Assembly (NCBI RefSeq): GCF_002854065.1
Contig: NZ_CP024147.1
From: Escherichia coli
GTDB taxonomy: Bacteria > Pseudomonadota > Gammaproteobacteria > Enterobacterales > Enterobacteriaceae
Reading direction: 5' to 3' (one strand)
DNA length: 64,000 bases
Position 1 is the stretch's first letter, and each line of letters begins with the position of its first letter. This document shows positions 12,519 through 23,305 of the stretch, piece by piece. A program made the position numbers and the translations under genes. The notes under the pieces are model-generated. The model was not told the origin of the DNA and made no database searches. It was given only the letters and a program-made list of their open reading frames with translations.

Positions 12519-13580
12519 TCAGTTGTAGTTAATTTTGAAAAGTACCACTGTATCAAAGGGACCAACGTCGATGGGCGTACCCGGCGTGGATGACAATTCT
12601 GCCGTGTAGGTTTTTTCATACACTAACAGGTCGCTGGTAAAATCGGCATACTCACTGTATTTGTTGAAAGTATAGGGTGAGGCATTTTCATCCAACAATC
12701 GAAGCTTCAGGCCATTGCCAATGAGCAGTGATTTATCTTCGTCGATAAGGGTTTCATCGGTATAAAACGAAGAGCTGACTTTAAAACCGTCGGTACACTG
12801 GTCGTTTTGTGATTTGGTTGTAGTTATTTTAAATTGCTGCGACATCGTATGGCGACGAATATCCAGCACGTTAAATCGGCCAAAATCAACGACCTGGGTT
12901 TCAGGTGAGATAGCAAAGTTGACGCTGCAATCCAGCACGCGGATATTTTCCAGACCGGTAATGTGATATTTCAGATTCTTCGCGGTAGGGTCTTCGTTCA
13001 CGCTGCCTGCGCCATCAAACTGTACGACGATGTAATCGCTGAGTTTGCTCTGATAACCATGGGGCGGCATGGCGCGAACTTTAACGTAAAGCCGCATACG
13101 CGCCACAAACGTCCGCGATTTGTGCATAACGGTTGGATCGCCGGAGCAAAGTTTATTTTGCCAGCCCATCGCAATGATCTGCTCCGGGGTGTAAATATCA
13201 ATATTCTTACTGTCGATGCACTGATTCGTGTCGATGCGGCTTTTCCCAAGGCTTGCGTCATAGTCCACGCCTTCATAGGTTACGCCCAATTGATAATAGG
13301 GATCCTGAATACCGGGGTAAGGGTTTACCCAGGCGTAGACGTGCTCGCTTTCAAAATTACCGTTTGTGTTGTTGTCACAGTAGACCGGAATTTTTATATC
13401 GTCAGATTCCCAGATTTTATCGCCGGGTTTGGAATTGGCCGGAACGGCGAAGGGCATAATAGCTTCTGATTTTTCTACAGCGCCGTTTGCGGTACCAAAA
13501 TAGCAGTTCAGCGCCAGCGCCGCTTTTAGCGGCAAAAAAATCAGACAGATGGCGAGCAACACGCCTTTGGCGAATCTCAT
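12519..13580 (-). CDS. ybgO: Fimbrial adhesin-like protein
   Basis: 353-aa ORF with signal peptide, last gene of a chaperone-usher cluster. Confidence 0.8.
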   Translation of the reverse strand: MRFAKGVLLAICLIFLPLKAALALNCYFGTANGAVEKSEAIMPFAVPANSKPGDKIWESDDIKIPVYCDNNTNGNFESEHVYAWVNPYPGIQDPYYQLGVTYEGVDYDASLGKSRIDTNQCIDSKNIDIYTPEQIIAMGWQNKLCSGDPTVMHKSRTFVARMRLYVKVRAMPPHGYQSKLSDYIVVQFDGAGSVNEDPTAKNLKYHITGLENIRVLDCSVNFAISPETQVVDFGRFNVLDIRRHTMSQQFKITTTKSQNDQCTDGFKVSSSFYTDETLIDEDKSLLIGNGLKLRLLDENASPYTFNKYSEYADFTSDLLVYEKTYTAELSSTPGTPIDVGPFDTVVLFKINYN

Positions 13581-14308
13581 TTTTTATTCTCCACCGGCTG
13601 CAGGCGGCATTGCCGCTGGCAGGAGAGCGTGTTCATACGCAATGCGCCGTAGTCGTCCATGTAGCCAAGATAAAACTGCTTGCCGCTATAGCTGCCCGTG
13701 CTGGTGGTGACCGAACTGAACGGTGCGACCATCGTGCTTTTAAAGCCAGGCAGCACGCCTTTCTCATCCCGCCCAAGATAGGCAATAGTCAGATAGTATC
13801 CGGTCGGGTTTTTCAGGGTAAGCTGGTTATTCTGCTGGCTAACCTGTAGCTGTTGCTCAACATGATCGCCCATTTTTTTGCGTAATGCGGCGGGTCGCCA
13901 GAATAGCTTAATGCGACTTTGGACGGCGACTTGCAGGATCGCATGGCCCTCGCTGCCTTCCGGGACAGGCGGAATTTCACGCAGGTTATAGTAAAAGAGA
14001 GATTCGCGATCGGTGGGTAATTTCGCGGTGGCGGCTTGTTTCATGATCCGAACCTGCGAAGCCGCTTTTGGCTCCAGTCGCTGGATAGGCGGCAGGGCGA
14101 CGAGAAATTCATCGCTTTTCTCTCCCTTTTCATTTTCTATCCATGAATAGGCGAGGTAGGGGAGTTTATCGCTGCGGTTTTCCACGCGCAGGCTGGTTGC
14201 TTTATCTTTGCTATTAAAGATGATGCGCGTGCGGTCAGGCTGCACTGCGCCGTGGCTGCACATACTGGCAACCAGAAGAATCAAAGGGAATCCTTTAACA
14301 AATGTCAT
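13577..14308 (-). CDS. ybgP: Periplasmic fimbrial chaperone (PapD-like)
   Basis: 243-aa ORF with signal peptide; overlaps ybgO; chaperone-usher synteny. Confidence 0.85.
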   Translation of the reverse strand: MTFVKGFPLILLVASMCSHGAVQPDRTRIIFNSKDKATSLRVENRSDKLPYLAYSWIENEKGEKSDEFLVALPPIQRLEPKAASQVRIMKQAATAKLPTDRESLFYYNLREIPPVPEGSEGHAILQVAVQSRIKLFWRPAALRKKMGDHVEQQLQVSQQNNQLTLKNPTGYYLTIAYLGRDEKGVLPGFKSTMVAPFSSVTTSTGSYSGKQFYLGYMDDYGALRMNTLSCQRQCRLQPVENKK

Positions 14309-14322
14309 CGTCTTTTCCTTAA

Positions 14323-16782
14323 TTAATGACAGGGTAAAATCAGGCGCTTAGTCACATCTTCCAGATGTTCCGGCAGATGAATGGCACACGTTTTCTGGTC
14401 GCCCCAGTGCACGGTAAATTGTTGATTTTCATCGACCCCACTCAGCCATGCGTGACCGTTTTCGCCAACCATCCCGACGCTGACACCGCCTTCAGCCTGG
14501 CGAACATCGGCACCGAGCGGCGGGAAATGCCCGTTAGCATCGCTGATAATGACGTTGAGATCTTTCCCGGCGCGGGACGCCAGCGATTTAAAGCCGATGG
14601 CGCCTTCGGTCCAGGTTTCTTTCACCACGTTTTCGGAAACGGTAACGCCGTCAGGCAAGTCGTTCATATTGACCGCCACCGTCGTAGGCTGGTAGCTGGA
14701 AACAAACGGTACCACGGCAATACCAAAGCGGTTGGTGTAGTCAATATTGCCCTGAATCGGAATATCGCCCACGCCGTCGGTGCTGACCATCAGGCGTGGT
14801 TCATTGGTGGAACTGCGGCGATGGAATGCCGCGCCATGTTGAGTCGCGGTAAACGAGCCGCTCCAACTGGCACTGGCGGAAGTGTAATCATTGGCGGCAT
14901 AGGTTCCGGTCAAATCCCATTCCCCCGCCGAACTGAGGTGTTGGTAATTGCCGCTGACCTGCGCACCGTTATCCGGGCGATCGGATTGTATTCCAGCCGA
15001 CATTCCCCAACTGTTTCGTTCATCCAGGGTATCGTTCCACGACATGCGGTGGGTGGTAGTATTACTGTTGTTCTGCATGTCATAACCCAGTCGACCACTT
15101 TCCCCAATCGGTAAGGAGATCGAAAAGTAAATCTGGTTGTCGCGATCTTTATCTTCATAATGGGTGGTGTTGAACGAGGTCGAGACAGAAATATCTTTCC
15201 AGTCGCCAATGTCGACGTTAAAACCGGCGGTAATGTTGGCCGTGGTGGAGGTATCCGCATTCCACCAGCTCTGATGCAGGATGTTGGCGTAGAGATTAAG
15301 ATTCAGCGGAGTAATAGGCTGACCGAAGGAGAGGCTGATGGTTTGCTTTTCATCCTGCGCGTCGGCGTCATTGTATTTGTGATCAATGTAGTTAGCGTAG
15401 CTGTGAAAATGGCGATCGGAGAAGCGATAGGCTGCCAATGAGATGGTGCTGTTGGTCGCATCAACCTGTTTGCTGTAGTTAAAGCGGTAGCTGTAACCCT
15501 GCTCATCCTGTTGAGTATCAAAATGGCTGTCGGCCCAGGTCACGTCAAACGACAGCGCCCCCAGCCAGAGCATATTTTGCCCAATACCCAGCGCGCCGGA
15601 ACGATAGTCATCGCCTGCGAGAAGCATGCCGCCATATAGTGAAGTGTTGGAGAGCATCCCCCAGGAGACTTCATGGCTAATGAAGGTTTCATCCTCGGTG
15701 TGGTGCGACATAGAGGAACGCGGGCGACCGGCAGCCAGTTTATAGCGCACCTGGCCCTGACGCGTCAGGAACGGGGTAGAGGCCGCTGAAACCTGGAAGT
15801 TATTCACCCGTCCATCTTCTTCGCTCACTTTGACATCCAGTGTACCTTGCACTGACTGATTCAGGTCATCAATAATAAATGGGCCTGGCGGAACTTTTTT
15901 CTGGTAAATCACGCGACCAGAATGGCTTATCGTGACCGTGGCGTTAGTCTGTGCGATGCCGCTGATTTGCGGCGCGTAGCCGCGTAACTCCCAGGGGAGC
16001 ATTCGATCGTCGCTGGCTAACGCCGCACCGGTATAGGAGAAACCATCAAAAATGTTAGAGCTAAAATCGGTTTCGCCCAGGGTTAATCGGGAACCTATTT
16101 GCGGTAACGGGCGGAACAGGTAGGTCCGTGAAATCGCCCCGGATTGTTCACGGTTGTCGCCGCTATCGGACTGGCTAAGCTGATAATCGCTGCGCAGACG
16201 CCATGCCCCGGCGTTGAGGCCCGTGGTGCCATAGGCGTTCAGGTTGTTGCTGCTGCTGCCGCTTTGTGGGCGATAAGTGCTGGCAAACAGGTTGTAATCC
16301 ATCAGGAAGCCAGGAATACCGTTATTCCACGTTGAGGGTGGCGTCCAGTTTTCTGAATGCCACGCCAGCCATGCCTGCGGGATTGTAATATTGAGCTGTT
16401 GATTTGCCTGATCGAAAGTAAAGATGATTTCAGGGAAGACACTAAAATCGACACATTCTTTTATTGCAGGTAATTTTTTACGAAAGTCAGATTTAAGTCC
16501 GAAGAGTTCGATCAGCGATTCATTGATACAAGGAATAATTTTATCGCCAGATTTTTGCCAGCGAATTTGTTGCCCATTACTGATTTTATTATTATTAACC
16601 GTAACACTAACAAAGTAATCGCCGGGAGCTACGACGCCTTTTTGATTGAGCAACGAAATATCAACGCTATCCCGAATCGACTTATCGAGAACGTTAAGGT
16701 TAAATTCAGCTGTCAGCGCAGGAGGGGTTACCATTGCCAGACAGGAAAGAACAGAGAGTCGATAAATATTCACGGCATCCAT
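14323..16782 (-). CDS. ybgQ: Outer-membrane fimbrial usher
   Basis: 819-aa ORF, size and position typical of ushers; exact start uncertain. Confidence 0.85.
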   Translation of the reverse strand: MDAVNIYRLSVLSCLAMVTPPALTAEFNLNVLDKSIRDSVDISLLNQKGVVAPGDYFVSVTVNNNKISNGQQIRWQKSGDKIIPCINESLIELFGLKSDFRKKLPAIKECVDFSVFPEIIFTFDQANQQLNITIPQAWLAWHSENWTPPSTWNNGIPGFLMDYNLFASTYRPQSGSSSNNLNAYGTTGLNAGAWRLRSDYQLSQSDSGDNREQSGAISRTYLFRPLPQIGSRLTLGETDFSSNIFDGFSYTGAALASDDRMLPWELRGYAPQISGIAQTNATVTISHSGRVIYQKKVPPGPFIIDDLNQSVQGTLDVKVSEEDGRVNNFQVSAASTPFLTRQGQVRYKLAAGRPRSSMSHHTEDETFISHEVSWGMLSNTSLYGGMLLAGDDYRSGALGIGQNMLWLGALSFDVTWADSHFDTQQDEQGYSYRFNYSKQVDATNSTISLAAYRFSDRHFHSYANYIDHKYNDADAQDEKQTISLSFGQPITPLNLNLYANILHQSWWNADTSTTANITAGFNVDIGDWKDISVSTSFNTTHYEDKDRDNQIYFSISLPIGESGRLGYDMQNNSNTTTHRMSWNDTLDERNSWGMSAGIQSDRPDNGAQVSGNYQHLSSAGEWDLTGTYAANDYTSASASWSGSFTATQHGAAFHRRSSTNEPRLMVSTDGVGDIPIQGNIDYTNRFGIAVVPFVSSYQPTTVAVNMNDLPDGVTVSENVVKETWTEGAIGFKSLASRAGKDLNVIISDANGHFPPLGADVRQAEGGVSVGMVGENGHAWLSGVDENQQFTVHWGDQKTCAIHLPEHLEDVTKRLILPCH

Positions 16783-16831
16783 ACCTGAACAATATTCGCA
16801 AAAGGCGGCTAATCAGCCGCCTTAAAAAGGA

Positions 16832-17398
16832 TTATTGGTAATCCAGAACGTAAGTTGCGTTAGCAGTAACGGCCCCCGCGGTAACCGAAACTGCGTTATC
16901 CATCTGTTCCATCCAGGCAAAGAAGTTTAACGTTTGTTCTGTTGAACTTGCCAATAAGTCAATTGTTGGCGCTTCTGTTCCCAATACAACAAATGATTCA
17001 TCTTTGTTCATGAGACGTACGCCAACGCCGGTAGCCTCGCCAGCACTGATGTTACTAAGGAGCGGCGTTGCACCTGTCGTTTTAGCTGTGCTGTCGAAGG
17101 TCACGCCTACCTTTGAGACCACGCCACCGTTGCCATCATCCCAGCCTGCAATATCACAGTTGATTAAGCGAATATTGACAGGTTTTTTCTCGCTATGATG
17201 TTCTCGATTTATGTGGGATGTGGTTACTTCACCCAGGTCAATGTTCATATCAAGGTCATCAGGGTGAATTTCACAAGGTGCTTCAATAACTTCACCTTTA
17301 AAGTGGATTTCACCAGATCCTTCATCTGCAGCAAAAACAGGTGAAGCGAATAGTAGAGATATGGCCAGGGCGGCCAGTGTTTTTTGTCCTTTAAACAT
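16832..17398 (-). CDS. ybgD: Fimbrial major subunit
   Basis: About 188 aa with signal peptide (…LLFASPVFAA); first gene of the ybgDQPO cluster. Confidence 0.8.
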   Translation of the reverse strand: MFKGQKTLAALAISLLFASPVFAADEGSGEIHFKGEVIEAPCEIHPDDLDMNIDLGEVTTSHINREHHSEKKPVNIRLINCDIAGWDDGNGGVVSKVGVTFDSTAKTTGATPLLSNISAGEATGVGVRLMNKDESFVVLGTEAPTIDLLASSTEQTLNFFAWMEQMDNAVSVTAGAVTANATYVLDYQ

Positions 17399-17723
17399 AC
17401 ATGAATCCTTCATGGGCTATGATAAAGTATACTAATTATTCCGACAGAATAGTGGTTTTTTGTTCATGTAATAATATTAATGTTGCTACATTATGTTTGA
17501 GAGTTTCTCAAAGCTCTCGAATCATAAATAAAGTGAATTAATCCTATTACGAGTTTATTTAATTGTGGGTGCTACCCAATGTATTCTACATCGATTGGCG
17601 GGATAACGGTGGTGGTGAATGAAAAATTAGGATTTTATTTAGTTATCGGATATGTATTCTTGTAACGTGTAATTATGTATTTGTGTCCGATTACGTTTTT
17701 TTGTCGATAGACATAACTAACGA

Positions 17724-17759
17724 ACAAAAAAAAGCCCGCCAGATATTCAGGCGGGCTAA
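17724..17759 (-). terminator. Rho-independent terminator downstream of gltA
   Basis: Minus-strand hairpin gcccgcctgaatatctggcgggc followed by a T-run. Confidence 0.7.
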
Positions 17760-17784
17760 ACGATATATGGTTCAAATCAGATAA

Positions 17785-19068
17785 TTAATGTTTAACATCT
17801 GATTTAAAGTCTCGTTTTTCATAGCCGGTGTACAACTGGCGCGGACGGGCGATCTTCATGCCGTCACTGTGCATTTCGCTCCAGTGAGCGATCCAGCCAA
17901 CGGTACGGGCCATAGCGAAGATGACGGTGAACATGGAAGACGGAATACCCATCGCTTTCAGGATGATACCAGAGTAGAAATCGACGTTCGGGTACAGTTT
18001 CTTCTCGATAAAGTACGGGTCGTTCAGCGCGATGTTTTCCAGCTCCATAGCCACTTCCAGCAGGTCATCTTTGGTGCCCAGCTCTTTCAGAACTTCATGG
18101 CAGGTTTCACGCATTACGGTGGCGCGCGGGTCGTAATTTTTGTACACGCGGTGACCGAAGCCCATCAGGCGGAAAGAATCATTTTTATCTTTCGCACGAC
18201 GAACAAATTCCGGAATGTGTTTAACGGAGCTAATTTCTTCCAGCATTTTCAGCGCCGCTTCGTTAGCACCACCGTGCGCAGGTCCCCACAGTGAAGCAAT
18301 ACCTGCTGCGATACAGGCAAACGGGTTCGCACCCGAAGAGCCAGCGGTACGCACGGTGGAGGTAGAGGCGTTCTGTTCATGGTCAGCGTGCAGGATCAGA
18401 ATACGGTCCATAGCACGTTCCAGAATCGGATTAACTTCATACGGTTCGCACGGCGTGGAGAACATCATATTCAGGAAGTTACCGGCATAGGAGAGATCGT
18501 TGCGCGGATAAACAAATGGCTGACCAATGGAATACTTGTAACACATCGCTGCCATGGTCGGCATTTTCGACAGCAGGCGGAACGCGGCAATTTCACGATG
18601 ACGAGGATTGTTAACATCCAGCGAGTCGTGATAGAACGCCGCCAGCGCGCCGGTAATACCACACATGACTGCCATTGGATGTGAGTCGCGACGGAAAGCG
18701 TGGAACAGACGGGTAATCTGCTCGTGGATCATGGTATGACGGGTCACCGTAGTTTTAAATTCGTCATACTGTTCCTGAGTCGGTTTTTCACCATTCAGCA
18801 GGATGTAACAAACTTCCAGGTAGTTAGAATCGGTCGCCAGCTGATCGATCGGGAAACCGCGGTGCAGCAAAATACCTTCATCACCATCAATAAAAGTAAT
18901 TTTAGATTCGCAGGATGCGGTTGAAGTGAAGCCAGGGTCAAAGGTGAACACACCTTTTGAACCGAGAGTACGGATATCAATAACATCTTGACCCAGCGTG
19001 CCTTTCAGCACATCCAGTTCAACAGCTGTGTCCCCGTTGAGGGTGAGTTTTGCTTTTGTATCAGCCAT
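17785..19068 (-). CDS. gltA: Citrate synthase
   Basis: 427-aa ORF; N-terminus [36 protein letters not shown] matches type II citrate synthase. Confidence 0.97.
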   Translation of the reverse strand: MADTKAKLTLNGDTAVELDVLKGTLGQDVIDIRTLGSKGVFTFDPGFTSTASCESKITFIDGDEGILLHRGFPIDQLATDSNYLEVCYILLNGEKPTQEQYDEFKTTVTRHTMIHEQITRLFHAFRRDSHPMAVMCGITGALAAFYHDSLDVNNPRHREIAAFRLLSKMPTMAAMCYKYSIGQPFVYPRNDLSYAGNFLNMMFSTPCEPYEVNPILERAMDRILILHADHEQNASTSTVRTAGSSGANPFACIAAGIASLWGPAHGGANEAALKMLEEISSVKHIPEFVRRAKDKNDSFRLMGFGHRVYKNYDPRATVMRETCHEVLKELGTKDDLLEVAMELENIALNDPYFIEKKLYPNVDFYSGIILKAMGIPSSMFTVIFAMARTVGWIAHWSEMHSDGMKIARPRQLYTGYEKRDFKSDVKH

Positions 19069-19776
19069 TTAAGGTCTCCTTAGCGCCTTATTGCGTAAGA
19101 CTGCCGGAACTTAAATTTGCCTTCGCACATCAACCTGGCTTTACCCGTTTGTTATTTGGCTCGCCGCTCTGTGAAAGAGGGGAAAACCTGGGTACAGAGC
19201 TCTGGGCGCTTGCAGGTAAAGGATCCATTGATGACGAATAAATGGCGAATCAAGTACTTAGCAATCCGAATTATTAAACTTGTCTACCACTAATAACTGT
19301 CCCGAATGAATTGGTCAATACTTCCACACTGTTACATAAGTTAATCTTAGGTGAAATACCGACTTCATAACTTTTACGCATTATATGCTTTTCCTGGTAA
19401 TGTTTGTAACAACTTTGTTGAATGATTGTCAAATTAGATGATTAAAAATTAAATAAATGTTGTTATCGTGACCTGGATCACTGTTCAGGATAAAACCCGA
19501 CAAACTATATGTAGGTTAATTGTAATGATTTTGTGAACAGCCTATACTGCCGCCAGGTCTCCGGAACACCCTGCAATCCCGAGCCACCCAGCGTTGTAAC
19601 GTGTCGTTTTCGCATCTGGAAGCAGTGTTTTGCATGACGCGCAGTTATAGAAAGGACGCTGTCTGACCCGCAAGCAGACCGGAGGAAGGAAATCCCGACG
19701 TCTCCAGGTAACAGAAAGTTAACCTCTGTGCCCGTAGTCCCCAGGGAATAATAAGAACAGCATGTGGGCGTTATTC

Positions 19777-20166
19777 ATGATAAGAAATGTGAAAAAACAA
19801 AGACCTGTTAATCTGGACCTACAGACCATCCGGTTCCCCATCACGGCGATAGCGTCCATTCTCCATCGCGTTTCCGGTGTGATCACCTTTGTTGCAGTGG
19901 GTATCCTGCTGTGGCTTCTGGGTACCAGCCTCTCTTCCCCTGAAGGTTTCGAGCAAGCTTCCGCGATTATGGGCAGCTTCTTCGTCAAATTTATCATGTG
20001 GGGCATCCTTACCGCTCTGGCGTATCACGTCGTCGTAGGTATTCGCCACATGATGATGGATTTTGGCTATCTGGAAGAAACATTCGAAGCGGGTAAACGC
20101 TCCGCCAAAATCTCCTTTGTTATTACTGTCGTGCTTTCACTTCTCGCAGGAGTCCTCGTATGGTAA
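19777..20166 (+). CDS. sdhC: Succinate dehydrogenase cytochrome b556 subunit
   Basis: 129 aa starting [16 protein letters not shown]; first gene of sdhCDAB. Confidence 0.95.
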
Positions 20167-20507
20167 GCAACGCCTCCGCATTAGGACGCAATGGCGTACA
20201 TGATTTCATCCTCGTTCGCGCTACCGCTATCGTCCTGACGCTCTACATCATTTATATGGTCGGTTTTTTCGCCACCAGTGGCGAGCTGACATATGAAGTC
20301 TGGATCGGTTTCTTCGCCTCTGCGTTCACCAAAGTGTTCACCCTGCTGGCGCTGTTTTCTATCTTGATCCATGCCTGGATCGGCATGTGGCAGGTGTTGA
20401 CCGACTACGTTAAACCGCTGGCTTTGCGCCTGATGCTGCAACTGGTGATTGTCGTTGCACTGGTGGTTTACGTGATTTATGGATTCGTTGTGGTGTGGGG
20501 TGTGTGA
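20160..20507 (+). CDS. sdhD: Succinate dehydrogenase membrane anchor subunit
   Basis: 115-aa hydrophobic ORF overlapping sdhC and sdhA. Confidence 0.95.
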
Positions 20508-22273
20508 TGAAATTGCCAGTCAGAGAATTTGATGCAGTTGTGATTGGTGCCGGCGGCGCAGGTATGCGCGCGGCGCTGCAAATTTCCCAGAGCGGCCAGA
20601 CCTGTGCGCTGCTCTCTAAAGTCTTCCCGACCCGTTCCCATACCGTTTCTGCGCAAGGCGGCATTACCGTTGCGCTGGGTAATACCCATGAAGATAACTG
20701 GGAATGGCATATGTACGACACCGTGAAAGGGTCGGACTATATCGGTGACCAGGACGCGATTGAATATATGTGTAAAACCGGGCCGGAAGCGATTCTGGAA
20801 CTCGAACACATGGGCCTGCCGTTCTCGCGTCTCGATGATGGTCGTATCTATCAACGTCCGTTTGGCGGTCAGTCGAAAAACTTCGGCGGCGAGCAGGCGG
20901 CACGCACTGCGGCAGCGGCTGACCGTACCGGTCACGCACTGTTGCACACGCTTTATCAGCAGAACCTGAAAAACCACACCACCATTTTCTCCGAGTGGTA
21001 TGCGCTGGATCTGGTGAAAAACCAGGATGGCGCGGTGGTGGGTTGTACCGCACTGTGCATCGAAACCGGTGAAGTGGTTTATTTTAAAGCCCGCGCTACC
21101 GTGCTGGCGACTGGCGGAGCAGGGCGTATTTATCAGTCTACCACTAACGCCCACATTAACACCGGCGACGGCGTCGGCATGGCTATCCGCGCAGGCGTAC
21201 CGGTGCAGGATATGGAAATGTGGCAATTCCACCCGACCGGCATTGCCGGTGCGGGCGTACTGGTCACCGAAGGTTGCCGTGGTGAAGGCGGTTATCTGCT
21301 GAACAAACATGGCGAACGCTTTATGGAGCGTTATGCGCCGAACGCCAAAGACCTGGCGGGCCGTGATGTGGTGGCGCGTTCAATCATGATTGAAATCCGT
21401 GAAGGTCGCGGCTGTGATGGTCCGTGGGGGCCACACGCGAAACTGAAACTCGATCACCTGGGTAAAGAAGTTCTCGAATCCCGTCTGCCGGGTATCCTGG
21501 AGCTTTCCCGTACCTTCGCTCACGTTGATCCGGTGAAAGAGCCGATTCCGGTTATCCCAACCTGTCACTACATGATGGGCGGTATTCCGACCAAAGTTAC
21601 CGGTCAGGCGCTGACTGTGAATGAGAAAGGCGAAGATGTGGTTGTTCCGGGGCTGTTCGCGGTAGGTGAAATCGCCTGCGTATCGGTACACGGTGCTAAC
21701 CGTCTGGGCGGCAACTCGCTGCTGGACCTGGTGGTCTTTGGTCGCGCAGCGGGTCTGCATCTGCAAGAGTCTATCGCCGAGCAGGGCGCATTGCGCGATG
21801 CCAGCGAGTCTGATGTTGAAGCATCTCTGGATCGTCTGAACCGCTGGAACAATAATCGTAACGGTGAAGATCCGGTGGCGATTCGTAAAGCGCTGCAAGA
21901 ATGTATGCAGCATAACTTCTCGGTCTTCCGTGAAGGTGATGCGATGGCGAAAGGGCTTGAGCAGTTGAAAGTTATCCGCGAGCGTCTGAAAAATGCCCGT
22001 CTGGATGACACTTCCAGCGAGTTCAACACCCAGCGCGTTGAGTGCCTGGAACTGGATAACCTGATGGAAACGGCGTATGCAACGGCTGTTTCTGCCAACT
22101 TCCGTACCGAAAGCCGTGGCGCACATAGCCGCTTCGACTTCCCGGATCGCGATGATGAAAACTGGCTGTGCCACTCCCTGTATCTGCCAGAGTCGGAATC
22201 CATGACGCGCCGAAGCGTCAACATGGAACCGAAACTGCGCCCGGCATTCCCGCCGAAGATTCGTACTTACTAA
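20507..22273 (+). CDS. sdhA: Succinate dehydrogenase flavoprotein subunit
   Basis: 588 aa from [24 protein letters not shown] (FAD-binding GxGxxG); TGATG overlap with sdhD. Confidence 0.97.
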   Translation: MKLPVREFDAVVIGAGGAGMRAALQISQSGQTCALLSKVFPTRSHTVSAQGGITVALGNTHEDNWEWHMYDTVKGSDYIGDQDAIEYMCKTGPEAILELEHMGLPFSRLDDGRIYQRPFGGQSKNFGGEQAARTAAAADRTGHALLHTLYQQNLKNHTTIFSEWYALDLVKNQDGAVVGCTALCIETGEVVYFKARATVLATGGAGRIYQSTTNAHINTGDGVGMAIRAGVPVQDMEMWQFHPTGIAGAGVLVTEGCRGEGGYLLNKHGERFMERYAPNAKDLAGRDVVARSIMIEIREGRGCDGPWGPHAKLKLDHLGKEVLESRLPGILELSRTFAHVDPVKEPIPVIPTCHYMMGGIPTKVTGQALTVNEKGEDVVVPGLFAVGEIACVSVHGANRLGGNSLLDLVVFGRAAGLHLQESIAEQGALRDASESDVEASLDRLNRWNNNRNGEDPVAIRKALQECMQHNFSVFREGDAMAKGLEQLKVIRERLKNARLDDTSSEFNTQRVECLELDNLMETAYATAVSANFRTESRGAHSRFDFPDRDDENWLCHSLYLPESESMTRRSVNMEPKLRPAFPPKIRTY

Positions 22274-22288
22274 TGCGGAGACAGGAAA

Positions 22289-23005
22289 ATGAGACTCGAG
22301 TTTTCAATTTATCGTTATAACCCGGATGTTGATGATGCTCCGCGTATGCAGGATTACACCCTGGAAGCGGATGAAGGTCGCGACATGATGCTGCTGGATG
22401 CGCTTATCCAGCTGAAAGAGAAAGATCCCAGCCTGTCGTTCCGTCGCTCCTGTCGTGAAGGTGTGTGCGGTTCCGACGGTCTGAACATGAACGGCAAGAA
22501 TGGTCTGGCCTGTATTACCCCGATTTCGGCACTCAACCAGCCGGGCAAGAAGATTGTGATTCGCCCTCTGCCAGGTTTACCGGTGATCCGCGATTTGGTG
22601 GTAGACATGGGACAATTCTATGCGCAATATGAGAAAATTAAGCCTTACCTGTTGAATAATGAACAAAATCCGCCAGCTCGCGAGCATTTACAGATGCCAG
22701 AGCAGCGCGAAAAACTCGACGGGCTGTATGAATGTATTCTCTGCGCATGTTGTTCAACCTCTTGTCCGTCTTTCTGGTGGAATCCCGATAAGTTTATCGG
22801 CCCGGCAGGCTTGTTAGCGGCATATCGTTTCCTGATCGATAGCCGTGATACCGAGACTGACAGCCGCCTCGACGGTTTGAGCGATGCATTCAGTGTATTC
22901 CGCTGTCACAGCATCATGAACTGCGTCAGTGTATGTCCGAAGGGGCTGAACCCGACGCGCGCCATCGGTCATATCAAGTCGATGTTGTTGCAACGTAATG
23001 CGTAA
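22289..23005 (+). CDS. sdhB: Succinate dehydrogenase iron-sulfur subunit
   Basis: 238-aa ORF with cysteine clusters for 2Fe-2S/4Fe-4S/3Fe-4S centres. Confidence 0.97.
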   Translation: MRLEFSIYRYNPDVDDAPRMQDYTLEADEGRDMMLLDALIQLKEKDPSLSFRRSCREGVCGSDGLNMNGKNGLACITPISALNQPGKKIVIRPLPGLPVIRDLVVDMGQFYAQYEKIKPYLLNNEQNPPAREHLQMPEQREKLDGLYECILCACCSTSCPSFWWNPDKFIGPAGLLAAYRFLIDSRDTETDSRLDGLSDAFSVFRCHSIMNCVSVCPKGLNPTRAIGHIKSMLLQRNA

Positions 23006-23009
23006 ACCG

Positions 23010-23150
23010 TAGGCCTGATAAGACGCGCAAGCGTCGCATCAGGCAACCAGTGCCGGATGCGGCGTGAACGCCTTATCCGGCCTACAAGTCATTACCCGTA
23101 GGCCTGATAAGCGCAGCGCATCAGGCGTAACAAAGAAATGCAGGAAATCT
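23010..23150. repeat. REP/BIME elements between sdhB and sucA
   Basis: Repeated gtaggcctgataagacgcg…cgcatcaggc and gccggatgcggcgtgaacgccttatccggcctac units. Confidence 0.8.
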
Positions 23151-23305
23151 TTAAAAACTGCCCCTGACACTAAGACAGTTTTTAAAGGTTCCTTCGCGAG
23201 CCACTACGTAGACAAGAGCTCGCAAGTGAACCCCGGCACGCACATCACTGTGCGTGGTAGTATCCACGGCGAAGTAAGCATAAAAAAGATGCTTAAGGGA
23301 TCACG

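Noticed and set aside
20477-22224. Antisense ORFs within sdhA (20477..21310, 21380..22174, 21604..22224)
   Set aside because: Opposite strand of a conserved gene; no independent start signals.
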